Below are positions 8,793 to 17,514 of a stretch of 64,000 nt of DNA, one piece after another. Both the position numbers and the translations under genes were made by a program. The notes under the pieces are model-generated. The model did no database searches and was not told where the DNA came from. It saw only the letters and a program-made list of their open reading frames with translations. Every line of letters starts with the position of its first letter. The stretch's first letter is position 1. Origin of the DNA: an uncultured Pseudomonadales bacterium (lineage in GTDB: Bacteria; Patescibacteriota; Microgenomatia; UBA1400; UBA1396); NCBI GenBank assembly GCA_964511175.1, contig CAZEEI010000001.1:147187-211186 (forward strand), given 5' to 3'.

Positions 8793-9170
8793 ATGCTGTG
8801 GGATCAGGAAGTTATTGATGGATTTGATATTGAGCCCGAAGATGTGCGCCGCCTACCACCCCTATCCGATTTTGGTTTTCCGGGTGAGGATATAAGACCA
8901 GCACAAATATTACCGCTTGAACGGCGAAAACAAGAATACTGTCGTCAGTTAACCGAATTTTTGTTTACTTCAGCGGCTTGGTCTCGAGACGTAGCTAGAC
9001 GTCTAGCCGATTTGATTGTGGCTTTTCAATCCGGTCAATACTCGCCAGCCGGGGCGCCGACAGAATATGCCGAAATGGTTGAAATGTTGCAGAGGTTAGG
9101 TGAGCAAGATTCCCACTTACTAGACCAGCTACGGACAGAGGTACAGTCGCTTTTTCCACAGACAAGGTAA
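8793..9170 (+). CDS. hypothetical protein (paralog of 9730-9969)
   Basis: RBS AAGGAGAAC; shares FLF..W...RLA(D/E)LIV...LFP(Q/R)(T/N)R with the downstream ORF. Confidence 0.45.
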   Translation: MLWDQEVIDGFDIEPEDVRRLPPLSDFGFPGEDIRPAQILPLERRKQEYCRQLTEFLFTSAAWSRDVARRLADLIVAFQSGQYSPAGAPTEYAEMVEMLQRLGEQDSHLLDQLRTEVQSLFPQTR

Positions 9171-9172
9171 GC

Positions 9173-9553
9173 TTATTTTACAGAACAGCGCAGAGTCTGT
9201 TCTAACTGCGCGCCGGCGGCGTGTACAAAATGATGTTCTACCCAATCCCAGACTGGCTGGAGAACCGGCACCAGAGTTCGACCCAAAGGTGTCAGGTGGT
9301 ATTGCGTGCGCGGCGGAATTTCGGCAAAAATACGCTTCGAGATCAATCCATTTTTGATTAGTCGCTGCAGTAGCGCTGCCACGGTTTTTTCCGCAATCTT
9401 CTCTTCTTGGGAAAGTAAAGTGCAAATTTCACCAAAACGGCGCGGTTGGGTGGCTAAAGCGCCAATAATCCGAATAGTGCGGGGATTGGTGACCAAAAAG
9501 AAAACTTCCCAGTATACTTCCTGCGCTCCAGTACTTACTTTAAAAAATTTTGG
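9173..9553 (-). CDS. HxlR-family winged-helix transcriptional regulator
   Basis: CTLLSQEEKIAEKTV...GLISKRIFAEIPPRTQYHLTPLGRTLVPVLQPVWDW matches HxlR pattern; start taken at MPKFFK. Confidence 0.7.
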   Translation of the reverse strand, partial: PKFFKVSTGAQEVYWEVFFLVTNPRTIRIIGALATQPRRFGEICTLLSQEEKIAEKTVAALLQRLIKNGLISKRIFAEIPPRTQYHLTPLGRTLVPVLQPVWDWVEHHFVHAAGAQLEQTLRCSVK

Positions 9554-9729
9554 CATCGCCAGTAACTTACCATAATTCCCCTTACTTACCAAATGGTAAG
9601 CTACTTTCCGGACAAAAACAAAACAAAGACAACTCTGCTGACTAGTATAGCTTGAGTCGCTATGTCAGAATTTGACTAAGTTATTGATTTAACCAAGGAG
9701 AATTTGATGCCGCCCCATCGATCAAAAAA

Positions 9730-9969
9730 GTGGAGGCCGTCGCTGCGTTACACCAAAGACACGAAATGTATGATGAACTGTGTAATTTCCTGTTTAATTC
9801 AACCGACTGGTTCCCAGAAAGGACCCAACGTCTGGCAGAGTTAATTGTAACTTACAAAACCGATCCTTTATCATTCACCAGTTTGTTGAACCGATTAAAA
9901 GCGGGAATAAGTTTGCTTTTCCCCAGAAATAGATATCTTACACTAAGTACAAAAATCCTGAGGGGTTGA
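9730..9969 (+). CDS. hypothetical protein (paralog of 8793-9170), possibly N-terminally truncated or frameshifted
   Basis: GTG-start ORF homologous to the C-terminal two thirds of the 8793 ORF; a different-frame ATG at 9707 carries the conserved RBS. Confidence 0.35.
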   Translation: MEAVAALHQRHEMYDELCNFLFNSTDWFPERTQRLAELIVTYKTDPLSFTSLLNRLKAGISLLFPRNRYLTLSTKILRG

Positions 9970-9978
9970 TAAAACAGA

Positions 9979-10620
9979 CTATGTTTTCTGATTTAAATCT
10001 GCAAACTTTTCTACGCCAGCAGTAGTGGCAATGAGCTCGATGTAACCTTTTACTTTCTCTTGCACTGAGGGCAATCTGTGAGATGGAGCTAGATAATTGT
10101 TGGAATTTCTGTTTGCATACTCACTCAGTAAATCTATAGCCTTTTTAACTAAAGCAGCGGCAGCCAGGTCGTCCTTATCTACGACCACTGACATCGCAAT
10201 TTTTAGAATAGCATCAACCGCCTGACCATGGATTTCCCCCTCATTGCTTTTGTCTAGCAGTTCGAGTCTTCTAGCAACCTGGTCTAACCCAGCCTCTTTT
10301 ACTTTTAAATCATCTTCTCGATCAGCGGCATCAGCGATAACGTCAACTGCCTCTTTTTGCACTGAGGGCAATCTGTGAGATGGAGCTAGATAATTGCTGG
10401 AATTTCTGACAGCATAGTCGCCAATGCTTTGCAGACCAGCTATCTTAACTGCTGCGCTACTATCTGCAGCGGCAACAATCTTTGCTAAGGCTACTAGTGT
10501 TTCTCGGTGGAGAGAACCATCATCTGAAGAATCTATTTTATCAAAGCCCTGAGCTAGAGCTTTTATTGCTTCCAGCTGAACATCAACTAATGCGTCAACT
10601 GGGCGTACTGATTCTGGCAT
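9979..10620 (-). CDS. repeat-containing hypothetical protein
   Basis: Peptide RNSSNYLAPSHRLPSVQ occurs twice; encoded by two 55-bp direct repeats. Confidence 0.45.
   Translation of the reverse strand: MPESVRPVDALVDVQLEAIKALAQGFDKIDSSDDGSLHRETLVALAKIVAAADSSAAVKIAGLQSIGDYAVRNSSNYLAPSHRLPSVQKEAVDVIADAADREDDLKVKEAGLDQVARRLELLDKSNEGEIHGQAVDAILKIAMSVVVDKDDLAAAALVKKAIDLLSEYANRNSNNYLAPSHRLPSVQEKVKGYIELIATTAGVEKFADLNQKT
10066..10415. repeat. two about 55-bp direct repeats (10066-10120 and 10360-10415) inside a CDS
   Basis: ttgcactgagggcaatctgtgagatggagctagataattg(t/c)tggaatttctg present twice, about 295 bp apart. Confidence 0.7.
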
Positions 10621-10667
10621 AAACTTTCTCCTGTAATTTTATATACTCATTGTACATCACTTAATTT

Positions 10668-11555
10668 CTATTGAAACGCTGACCACAGCTTACTGACGTC
10701 ATGGGGTCTGACCTCATCGACGAGTTCCGTGGTGGCGCCGGCGCGCGACGGATGGCGGTCCAGAAACGTCGCTTGGTCTTGCCGTTCGTACAGTACACCG
10801 ATCGCGATTTTATTTTCTAAGTCCGCCGCCGTCGCGCGCGCTTGTTCCCAGTTAGTTGGATCGTAATTTTTCATTTGGGCGATATCGTAAACCCGTTCCT
10901 GGTACCACTCATGTGGGGTCGACTTATTGTAGGTGGGACAACTTTGCAAAACCTCAACAAAGCTGAAACCTTTGTGCTGAATGGCTCGTTGGAATACACC
11001 AGTCATATGGTGGATGTCGCCAGAGAAAGTGCGGGCGGCGAATTGAGCGCCCAGCTCCAAAACCAAGCGGATTGGGTTAAGTGGGGTCGCCACTGGACCG
11101 TTAGGGGCCGAGTTCATCGCAACGCCTGGTTTAGTAGTGGGCGAAGCTTGTCCCGTAGTGAGGCCGTAGTTGAGGTTATTATGGAGGACAAAGGTGAAAT
11201 CATAGTCGTGGCGAACCGCCGTAATGAGGTGGTTGATGCCTTCCGCCAGGGTGCCGCCGTCGCCGCCAAAAGCCAGTACCTTGACCCGGCGGTTCGCCAC
11301 CGCCGCCCCGCTGGCCAGCGGCAGGACGCGCCCGTGGAGGCCGTGAATCCGGTAGCCGTCGATCTTATCCGAGTGGTTACCGTGGCAGCCGATGTCGAAG
11401 GCCAGCAAAACCTGGCAAGGATGAAGATTTTCTACTTGCAGGGCGCGCCGCAGGGCGCCGTGGATGCCGTAGTTGCCGCAGTTAGTGCACCAGGTGTGAA
11501 TATTCGGCGACAGATAATCGCCCATTTGTACTGGTTGGTCGCTGTGGCAGCTCAT
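10668..11555 (-). CDS. korB: 2-oxoacid:ferredoxin oxidoreductase beta subunit (TPP-binding)
   Basis: CxxCG..., GDGG...NN.YGLT TPP-binding signature typical of OFOR beta subunits. Confidence 0.85.
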   Translation of the reverse strand: MSCHSDQPVQMGDYLSPNIHTWCTNCGNYGIHGALRRALQVENLHPCQVLLAFDIGCHGNHSDKIDGYRIHGLHGRVLPLASGAAVANRRVKVLAFGGDGGTLAEGINHLITAVRHDYDFTFVLHNNLNYGLTTGQASPTTKPGVAMNSAPNGPVATPLNPIRLVLELGAQFAARTFSGDIHHMTGVFQRAIQHKGFSFVEVLQSCPTYNKSTPHEWYQERVYDIAQMKNYDPTNWEQARATAADLENKIAIGVLYERQDQATFLDRHPSRAGATTELVDEVRPHDVSKLWSAFQ

Positions 11556-13300
11556 GCGGACTCCTTGTTGAAGTGTTCGAGAATATCGTCCACAAAGAAC
11601 GGTCGGCCGTCGAACTTTAGCCAGCGATCGGTAAAGGTAATCCCAGTGTGCTGGGTGATCAGGCCACCCAGTTGGCCGGTGGCGTTGTTTTCCACGATAA
11701 TCAACTTTTGAGCTGACTGCGCAAATTTTTTCAACACCATCGTTTTTAACGGCCAGAGATATTCGTAGTGCAGGTAATTAACGCTGGGACCACCTTGTTC
11801 AGCCAAGGCTTGAATGGCATCCAGCACTGGTCCTTTTACACTTCCCCACCCCACCAGCGACCACTGCGCTTGCTCTGGACCATAAACCACCGGCTCCGGC
11901 AATTCCGCTGCTAAAGCATCAAGTTTGCGCAAACGTTTGGCGTACATCGCCGCGCTGGCTGCGCCATCCTCCGTAATGGAACCGTCGGTGGAATGTTCGT
12001 CGCCGTTGGCGTCATAAGTAGCGTCGGCTTGGCCTGGCAGCCAGCGCGGCGAAACTCCGGAATCGGTGAATGCGTAACGGTCGCTGGGTTTGAGTTGGTC
12101 AAGTTGATTGTCCGGCACGAGTCCCCGTTCGATCGGCAAGTTGTCCGGTATTTTACTCATTTGCCACAATGATTCCGCCACATTCTTTTCGGTCAATAAG
12201 ACGGCCGGCAGTTGGTATTTTTCGGCTAAGTTTAAGGCGTGTTGGACTAAACGGTAACTGGACTCACCATCGCTGGCGGCTAAAACTAGCCTGGCGAACT
12301 CACCGTGACCGCTGTAAATAGCGAGGTTAAGGTCGGCCGCGCTGGTCCAGGTAGGTAAACCAGTAGCCGGTCCGGGCCGCTGAGCCAGGACGCACACCCA
12401 GGGACACTCGATCATGCCTGCCAGGGAAAGCGATTCGGTCATCAGGTCAAAGCCGCCGCCGGAAGTGCCACACAGCGTCCGCGCCCCCATAAACATACTG
12501 CCGATGGTGGTTTGGGCTACACCGATTTCGTCGTCTAACTGCTGAACTAACATTCCTACTTCGCCGGCGACTTCGGCCAAATAAGTGAGGATGGTGCTGG
12601 CGGGTGTCATGGGATAGGAATAGTAGGCGCGGACGCCGGCGGCGGCCGCGCCGAGGGCAGTGAGGTGGTTGCCGCTAATAATCGCATCGTCTTGGGTGTT
12701 TGCCGATCGCGCGAATGGCCAAACCACAGGTGTAACTTGGGTTAGTTTTTGTTCAAAGCCGCGTTGAGCGCAGACGAAGTTGCCCTCTAGTACCTGTGGT
12801 TTGGCCGCAAAGACTTTAGTAAGTACTTGTTTGATCGTGGCTAAGTTTAGTCCCAGCACCTGCCAGAGAGCGCCCATTAGGACGGTGTTGGCCATGATCC
12901 GTTTGCCGCAGACTTCGATCGAAACTTGGAGGGCGTCGACAAACTCCACGGTAATCCGGTTCTCGTCCAGCCATTGTTTTTCGTCCGGTTTTAAATCGAG
13001 ACGCGGAATGTCGTGAAGGATGCGTCCGCCAGGGTTGACGGTTTTCAGGTAGTGGTGCAGGGAAAAACGGCTCAAGCTCAACAGAATGTCGCACCCTCCG
13101 GCGCTGGAATAGATTGGTCGGTCGCTTAAATCAATCTGGTGCGAAGCTTTCCCGCCTTCAATCAACGACGGATATTCACGGTAACTAAAAGTGTAACAAC
13201 CCTCCCGCTTGAAAGCGCGACCCAGCAGCTCGCCCATCGAGGTCAGACCCTGCCCGTTTTCGCCAACCAACTTAATGCTTAAACGATGCTGATCAACCAC
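11552..13300 (-). CDS. korA: 2-oxoacid:ferredoxin oxidoreductase alpha subunit (gamma-alpha fusion)
   Basis: N-terminal gamma-like GENGQG region fused to pyrimidine-binding alpha domain; 4-nt overlap with korB. Confidence 0.85.
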   Translation of the reverse strand: MVDQHRLSIKLVGENGQGLTSMGELLGRAFKREGCYTFSYREYPSLIEGGKASHQIDLSDRPIYSSAGGCDILLSLSRFSLHHYLKTVNPGGRILHDIPRLDLKPDEKQWLDENRITVEFVDALQVSIEVCGKRIMANTVLMGALWQVLGLNLATIKQVLTKVFAAKPQVLEGNFVCAQRGFEQKLTQVTPVVWPFARSANTQDDAIISGNHLTALGAAAAGVRAYYSYPMTPASTILTYLAEVAGEVGMLVQQLDDEIGVAQTTIGSMFMGARTLCGTSGGGFDLMTESLSLAGMIECPWVCVLAQRPGPATGLPTWTSAADLNLAIYSGHGEFARLVLAASDGESSYRLVQHALNLAEKYQLPAVLLTEKNVAESLWQMSKIPDNLPIERGLVPDNQLDQLKPSDRYAFTDSGVSPRWLPGQADATYDANGDEHSTDGSITEDGAASAAMYAKRLRKLDALAAELPEPVVYGPEQAQWSLVGWGSVKGPVLDAIQALAEQGGPSVNYLHYEYLWPLKTMVLKKFAQSAQKLIIVENNATGQLGGLITQHTGITFTDRWLKFDGRPFFVDDILEHFNKESA

Positions 13301-13766
13301 GCGCCTCCCCTTGGCCGCTCAGGTATGGCAAAAATTGTTGCGTCCAGGTGTCGACCAAGTTCATTTGGCCATACGGGTCACCGTTGAGTTTCAGCGGTCT
13401 GAACAAAACGGTACCGTGTTGTTGTTCCCAAACCTCACGCAGTTGATCGATGCCGGTGTTAAAAAACACGTTTTCGTAGCGGATGTCACCCAAGCCAATC
13501 AACCCGGTAACTTTGCCGGTTAAGTCCAGCTTTTTCATCTCATCTATTAACGGGATAAAAAAGGGATTAAGACTGCCGCGCGCCCAAGTGGAAGTGGCCA
13601 AAATAAAGTGGCTATTGTCTCGAATCAAGTCCGGTTTAGTTTGCTCAGTACGATGTAGCGCTACTTCCCATCCGCTTCCCCGCAGACCGGTCGCCACCCT
13701 TTCCACTACGCTTTCCACGTTACCGGAGGTGGAGGCATAGAGGCAATGAATGGTTGGATTGGCCAT
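13293..13766 (-). CDS. flavodoxin
   Basis: YASTSGN FMN-phosphate loop, GLIGLGD motif; overlaps the korA start (operon). Confidence 0.8.
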   Translation of the reverse strand: MANPTIHCLYASTSGNVESVVERVATGLRGSGWEVALHRTEQTKPDLIRDNSHFILATSTWARGSLNPFFIPLIDEMKKLDLTGKVTGLIGLGDIRYENVFFNTGIDQLREVWEQQHGTVLFRPLKLNGDPYGQMNLVDTWTQQFLPYLSGQGEARG

Positions 13767-13862
13767 AGTAAGTTGGGTGACTCGACCAGGTCACTGTAAC
13801 ACAAACCGGGTTGTGGTGCCAGTTTGCTTTCTGCTGCCCCGACTATCTTTTTTGCTGAATTC

Positions 13863-13917
13863 ACGATAGAAGTAACTTTCACAATAGAAGTAAAGCTACG
13901 TCAACACTTCTACTATG
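13863..13917. repeat. conserved intergenic element copy B
   Basis: Homologous to 2923-2974; about 65 nt upstream (minus strand) of the flavodoxin -10 box. Confidence 0.55.
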
Positions 13918-14046
13918 AAAGTAAGGAACGTTGCGTTACCCTACTTCTAGGTTAAAAAAGTCAAAAAAAGATATATAAAACTAAAGTAGCAGCCTTGTTA
14001 CCTACTCACTTCTAAAAGAATCAGCTCGGATGGTAAAAGTGTACCG

Positions 14047-14460
14047 CTAGGACCGCTTAATGTGCACGACGTTTTGGGGTAATTTTTGCAGGTAAAGACG
14101 CAGAAGTGCGTTGCACTGTGGGGTGTTCAAATTATTGATATCAATGACAAACGTGCCCCGTTTGGCTACTAACTGCCAGCCCAAATCGGGAGTAATCTTC
14201 AGGATAAAGTTAGATAATTGCGCCTCATTCCAAGCTAGTGGGTCAAGTCGGAAATCTGGTTTTTCTAGGATGAGTTGGTGCTTGCATAATAATTCGAACA
14301 TTGTCTCCACCGGATAGCTGTCGATCTCTGCAATTAGGGCATCAAGCAAACCGCGTAACCAAATAGCTTGCGCCTCTAACAAAGGACTATCTTTGAGCCC
14401 GCTCAACTCCTCGGCGCCGTTTTGGATTTCTATAATTTGTTTAGCGACTGATCTATTCAT
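14047..14460 (-). CDS. paralog family 1 member (unknown function, about 140 aa)
   Basis: Shares LL..H.L.L.K, LPW(N/D)E..L..F.L, (V/I).IDL..L, YQ..(Y/F)P with four neighbouring ORFs. Confidence 0.5.
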   Translation of the reverse strand: MNRSVAKQIIEIQNGAEELSGLKDSPLLEAQAIWLRGLLDALIAEIDSYPVETMFELLCKHQLILEKPDFRLDPLAWNEAQLSNFILKITPDLGWQLVAKRGTFVIDINNLNTPQCNALLRLYLQKLPQNVVHIKRS

Positions 14461-14469
14461 GTGTTGCTG

Positions 14470-14478
14470 ATTGTAACA
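14470..14478 (-). promoter_or_regulatory. extended -10 box TGTTACAAT, 9 nt upstream of ATG (leaderless)
   Basis: Reverse complement of attgtaaca immediately upstream of the 14047-14460 start. Confidence 0.4.
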
Positions 14479-14580
14479 CTACTTGAATCTTGATTACACG
14501 GTCCGTCTCAAAGAAAACGGCGATGGGACCTATTCCCAGCCGCTTTCTCGCAGACCAGCCGCCACCCTCTCTACCACTGT
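14476..14580. pseudogene. chimeric relic: hicB 5-prime fragment (sense) fused to flavodoxin 5-prime fragment (antisense)
   Basis: 14479-14534 matches 15881-15936 (hicB codons 8-26) at 52/56; 14533-14580 matches flavodoxin 13664-13712 at about 80%; junction at CTAYTTCCCA microhomology. Confidence 0.55.
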
Positions 14581-14605
14581 AGCATAAATGGTCAAAGTCA
14601 CCGAG

Positions 14606-15046
14606 TTAGCGACGTGGTTTGGAAGGATGCTGTAGCTGGATCTGCTGAGGGTAGTGTTCTTGGTACAGGCGCATGAGTTCTCGAGCCTGCGAGACGTTCA
14701 AGCTACCCAGGTCGATGGTGACCGGACCACGACTGGCCGCTAAACTAAACCGCTCGGCAAAACCGACAATCAGGTAGAACTCACCTAGTTTGTGAAGATT
14801 CCATTCGAGGTTAACTGGCTGTCCACTGTAGAAAGTCGGCCAAGCCAAGAGTAAGTTGTGTTTAGCGAGTAAATTGATGAGGACCAAGGTTGGATTAGCG
14901 CTAATATTTTCCACCAGACCCTCGAGTAGGCCAATTAGGTAAAGGGCATTGGCAGCCGAGGATGCTGGGTCATGGTCTCTGGTTAAATCCTGGAAGACTC
15001 CGGCAATCTCGGTTAATCGGTCCGTATTGTTGGTTGGTCTCTTCAT
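14606..15046 (-). CDS. paralog family 1 member
   Basis: Family motifs as above. Confidence 0.5.
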   Translation of the reverse strand: MKRPTNNTDRLTEIAGVFQDLTRDHDPASSAANALYLIGLLEGLVENISANPTLVLINLLAKHNLLLAWPTFYSGQPVNLEWNLHKLGEFYLIVGFAERFSLAASRGPVTIDLGSLNVSQARELMRLYQEHYPQQIQLQHPSKPRR

Positions 15047-15095
15047 AATGCTGACACCCTATAACATTTCAAATAGTATAACTACTTAACATAAC

Positions 15096-15542
15096 CTAAA
15101 GAGGTAGCCGGAAGGGATTGCGGGAGAGAATCTGTCCGGGATATTTATTTTGATAAATTTGATGTAGTTGTTGGGTTTGGATATCCAAGGCGCCTAAATC
15201 AATTTCCACCGGACCGTTTTTTTCGGCTAAGTGCCAGGCCGGAACAATCAGGTTAAATTCGGCCAGAGCCTCTTCGTCCCAAGGAAGGAAGGGGGTCATT
15301 TTTCCTGGTTTAAACACCAGTAAGCCGCAAAAAGTGAGCAACTCCAGCAGGGCCATACCGGGATCGGCATCAACTTCACTGATTAATTGATTAAGGAGAT
15401 TACGCAAGAGAGCCGCTTCCGCAACCAACCTTTCTGGGAATCGATTACCGGCTTGTTCATGTAAAAGGTAAACATCTAGGTTTGCGGTTTGTCGCTTGAT
15501 AGCGGCAATGCGCTTAGTGTGGCTAGACTCAATTTTACTCAT
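15096..15542 (-). CDS. paralog family 1 member
   Basis: Family motifs as above. Confidence 0.5.
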   Translation of the reverse strand: MSKIESSHTKRIAAIKRQTANLDVYLLHEQAGNRFPERLVAEAALLRNLLNQLISEVDADPGMALLELLTFCGLLVFKPGKMTPFLPWDEEALAEFNLIVPAWHLAEKNGPVEIDLGALDIQTQQLHQIYQNKYPGQILSRNPFRLPL

Positions 15543-15546
15543 ATCT

Positions 15547-15555
15547 CGATTGTAA
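15547..15555 (-). promoter_or_regulatory. extended -10 box TGTTACAAT, 6 nt upstream of ATG (leaderless)
   Basis: Reverse complement of attgtaaca adjacent to the 15542 start codon. Confidence 0.4.
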
Positions 15556-15625
15556 CATTTTTAATTTTTCGACAAGCTTCGATCCACTTGAATATTAGTA
15601 CTACGAGTGGTACTATTAACACTAA

Positions 15626-15877
15626 ATGACTAAAAGGGACAAAAGAATTCGCAAACTTTTTACCAATCCTAAGACAATTAGTTTTGCCAAACTTGATTCT
15701 ATTCTGGATAACTTAGGATTTGAGTGCCGACAGCCACGATCAGGGAGCAGCCACTACGTCTATACTAAAGGTCAGATCCAAATTACCGTGCCGTATAAAA
15801 AACCGTACGTTAAGGAGATCTACATTAAACGTATAACCGAAATAATTGAGGAGATATATGAGCCAAAAGAATCTTAA
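15626..15877 (+). CDS. hicA: HicA-family mRNA interferase toxin
   Basis: GSSHYVYTKGQIQITVPYKKPYVKEIYIKRI resembles the HicA/YcfA core; immediately followed by hicB. Confidence 0.6.
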   Translation: MTKRDKRIRKLFTNPKTISFAKLDSILDNLGFECRQPRSGSSHYVYTKGQIQITVPYKKPYVKEIYIKRITEIIEEIYEPKES

Positions 15878-16205
15878 ATACTACTTGAATCTTGATTACA
15901 CGGTCCGTCTCAAAGAAAACAGCGACGGGACTTATTTTGCCGAAGTTGAGGAACTACCAGGTTGTTTAACCGAGGGCGATACCAAGATTGAAGCCTTACA
16001 AATGATTGATGATGCTAAACGGGTGTGGCTGGAAGTAGCTTTAGAAAAAGGTTTGAGGATTCCGGAACCAGCCAGCGACGAGTTTAGCGGTAAATTAAAC
16101 GTGCGTTTGCCCAAATATTTACACCGTCGGTTAAGTTACCGCGCTAAACAAGAGGGAGTGAGTCTCAACACGCTGATCAGTACCGGTTTATCGACACTGG
16201 TGTGA
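15858..16205 (+). CDS. hicB: HicB-family antitoxin
   Basis: YTVRLKENSDGTYFAEVEELPGCLTEGDT...GKLNVRLPKYLHRRLSYRAKQEGVSLNTLI is a canonical HicB with RHH tail; RBS GGAG. Confidence 0.8.
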   Translation: MSQKNLKYYLNLDYTVRLKENSDGTYFAEVEELPGCLTEGDTKIEALQMIDDAKRVWLEVALEKGLRIPEPASDEFSGKLNVRLPKYLHRRLSYRAKQEGVSLNTLISTGLSTLV

Positions 16206-16231
16206 ACCGTCAACAACTTACAATCCAACAT

Positions 16232-16681
16232 TTACGCCACGGAATCATCATCAGGATCGCCGGGAGAGATGAACACCACTTTGCTGGGAAAGTTGGTCTG
16301 GTAGATACTCAGCAAAGACACTAGGTCGGTACCGGTTAAAGGACGCAAATCGATCCTAATATGCTGTGGTAGATTAACCAAATAATATCGATCGTGACCA
16401 TCGGGCTGATTGTTATAAATAGCTAAGGTAAAACCGGCCAACGTTTTTTCATTCCACGGCAACATCGGCCGCCCAACCACCTTTTTGTCCAAGACTAAAT
16501 GATGTTGCCCTAGTAAGTTGAGGGTATTTTGTAAATCGGCCGCCGCCAAATCCTCGGCCAATTCGTCAACTAGGGTGCGCAGATACTGTACCTTCGCCTG
16601 CCAGACGCGGCTCGATTCTGTCTCTTGCAACTCCTGCGCCGACTCAATAATTGCTGATAATTTATGTTGACGCGATATCAT
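16232..16681 (-). CDS. paralog family 1 member
   Basis: Family motifs as above; 4-nt overlap with the next member. Confidence 0.5.
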   Translation of the reverse strand: MISRQHKLSAIIESAQELQETESSRVWQAKVQYLRTLVDELAEDLAAADLQNTLNLLGQHHLVLDKKVVGRPMLPWNEKTLAGFTLAIYNNQPDGHDRYYLVNLPQHIRIDLRPLTGTDLVSLLSIYQTNFPSKVVFISPGDPDDDSVA

Positions 16682-17073
16682 TTGTTTTTCCGTTGATAGA
16701 AATTACACAACCAATCGGTATTGGCTTCATCCAGTGGGCTTAAATCGAATTTTATTTTTCGGCCAAAATTAATTAGCCGCCAAACACCGTCACGAATGTT
16801 GGTTAAAGTAAACTGCGCCAGCATCTTCTCATTCCAAGGTAGGATTTTGCCGCCCGACTGACCCGCGTCCGCAGTTTTATCCAGTAGTAAATGTTCTTGC
16901 CGCAGACGGCGGATTAAATAGTCTCGATTAGTCTCTGAATTAGCCAGCCAATCGTTAATCATGCCTAGTAGGGTCAGACCCAGACCCCGTTGTTCCTCGG
17001 GATCTTTTTTTCCAGCCAACTCTGCCGCAGTTTTCCTAATAGTTTCCAGCGAAGGTGCGTTTACCATGACCAC
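16678..17073 (-). CDS. paralog family 1 member
   Basis: Family motifs as above. Confidence 0.5.
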   Translation of the reverse strand: MVMVNAPSLETIRKTAAELAGKKDPEEQRGLGLTLLGMINDWLANSETNRDYLIRRLRQEHLLLDKTADAGQSGGKILPWNEKMLAQFTLTNIRDGVWRLINFGRKIKFDLSPLDEANTDWLCNFYQRKNK

Positions 17074-17086
17074 CAGATTATAACAT

Positions 17087-17095
17087 TCCTTTTCT
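17087..17095 (-). promoter_or_regulatory. extended -10 box TGTTATAAT, 9 nt upstream of ATG (leaderless)
   Basis: Reverse complement of attataaca adjacent to the 17073 start. Confidence 0.4.
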
Positions 17096-17145
17096 GTACA
17101 ATACCGATCCAGTTTGTTACACTGCCGCCAATAGAAAGGGGTTTT

Positions 17146-17478
17146 ATGGGTGAGGATTTAGGTGATGCCGAGCAGGAACAGTTAGTAGAAACTAAACAAG
17201 GCAGGATCATGACTTTTGAGGAAATCCAAACACTAGTGCGGCACGCCGAACAATTAGCCAGGCAAATCGGTTTTTCCACCAACCTATTAGTGCAGGGTGA
17301 ATTATTACGAGATTTGACGGAGACGGATCGTCAACTAACCGACTTGGTCGAAAAACGGACCGGTATTGGTTTTACCGACGTACCGGATGTGTTCAGAATG
17401 TATGGCGAAATTATTAGTTTTCACGAACAGATTAGCGATTTAGTGTCAGGACAACCAAATCTGGTTAACCGGCGTTAA
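17146..17478 (+). CDS. hypothetical acidic protein
   Basis: Internal ATG with AAAGGGG RBS; longer ORF version overlaps paralog 5. Confidence 0.35.
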   Translation: MGEDLGDAEQEQLVETKQGRIMTFEEIQTLVRHAEQLARQIGFSTNLLVQGELLRDLTETDRQLTDLVEKRTGIGFTDVPDVFRMYGEIISFHEQISDLVSGQPNLVNRR

Positions 17479-17514
17479 TTACCCGATCCTAGTACGTTCC
17501 GGTTTGGCCACCAA

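Noticed and set aside
10842-11711. 289-aa plus-strand ORF
   Set aside because: Lies entirely antisense to the well-supported korB gene in a GC-rich stretch; a shadow ORF.
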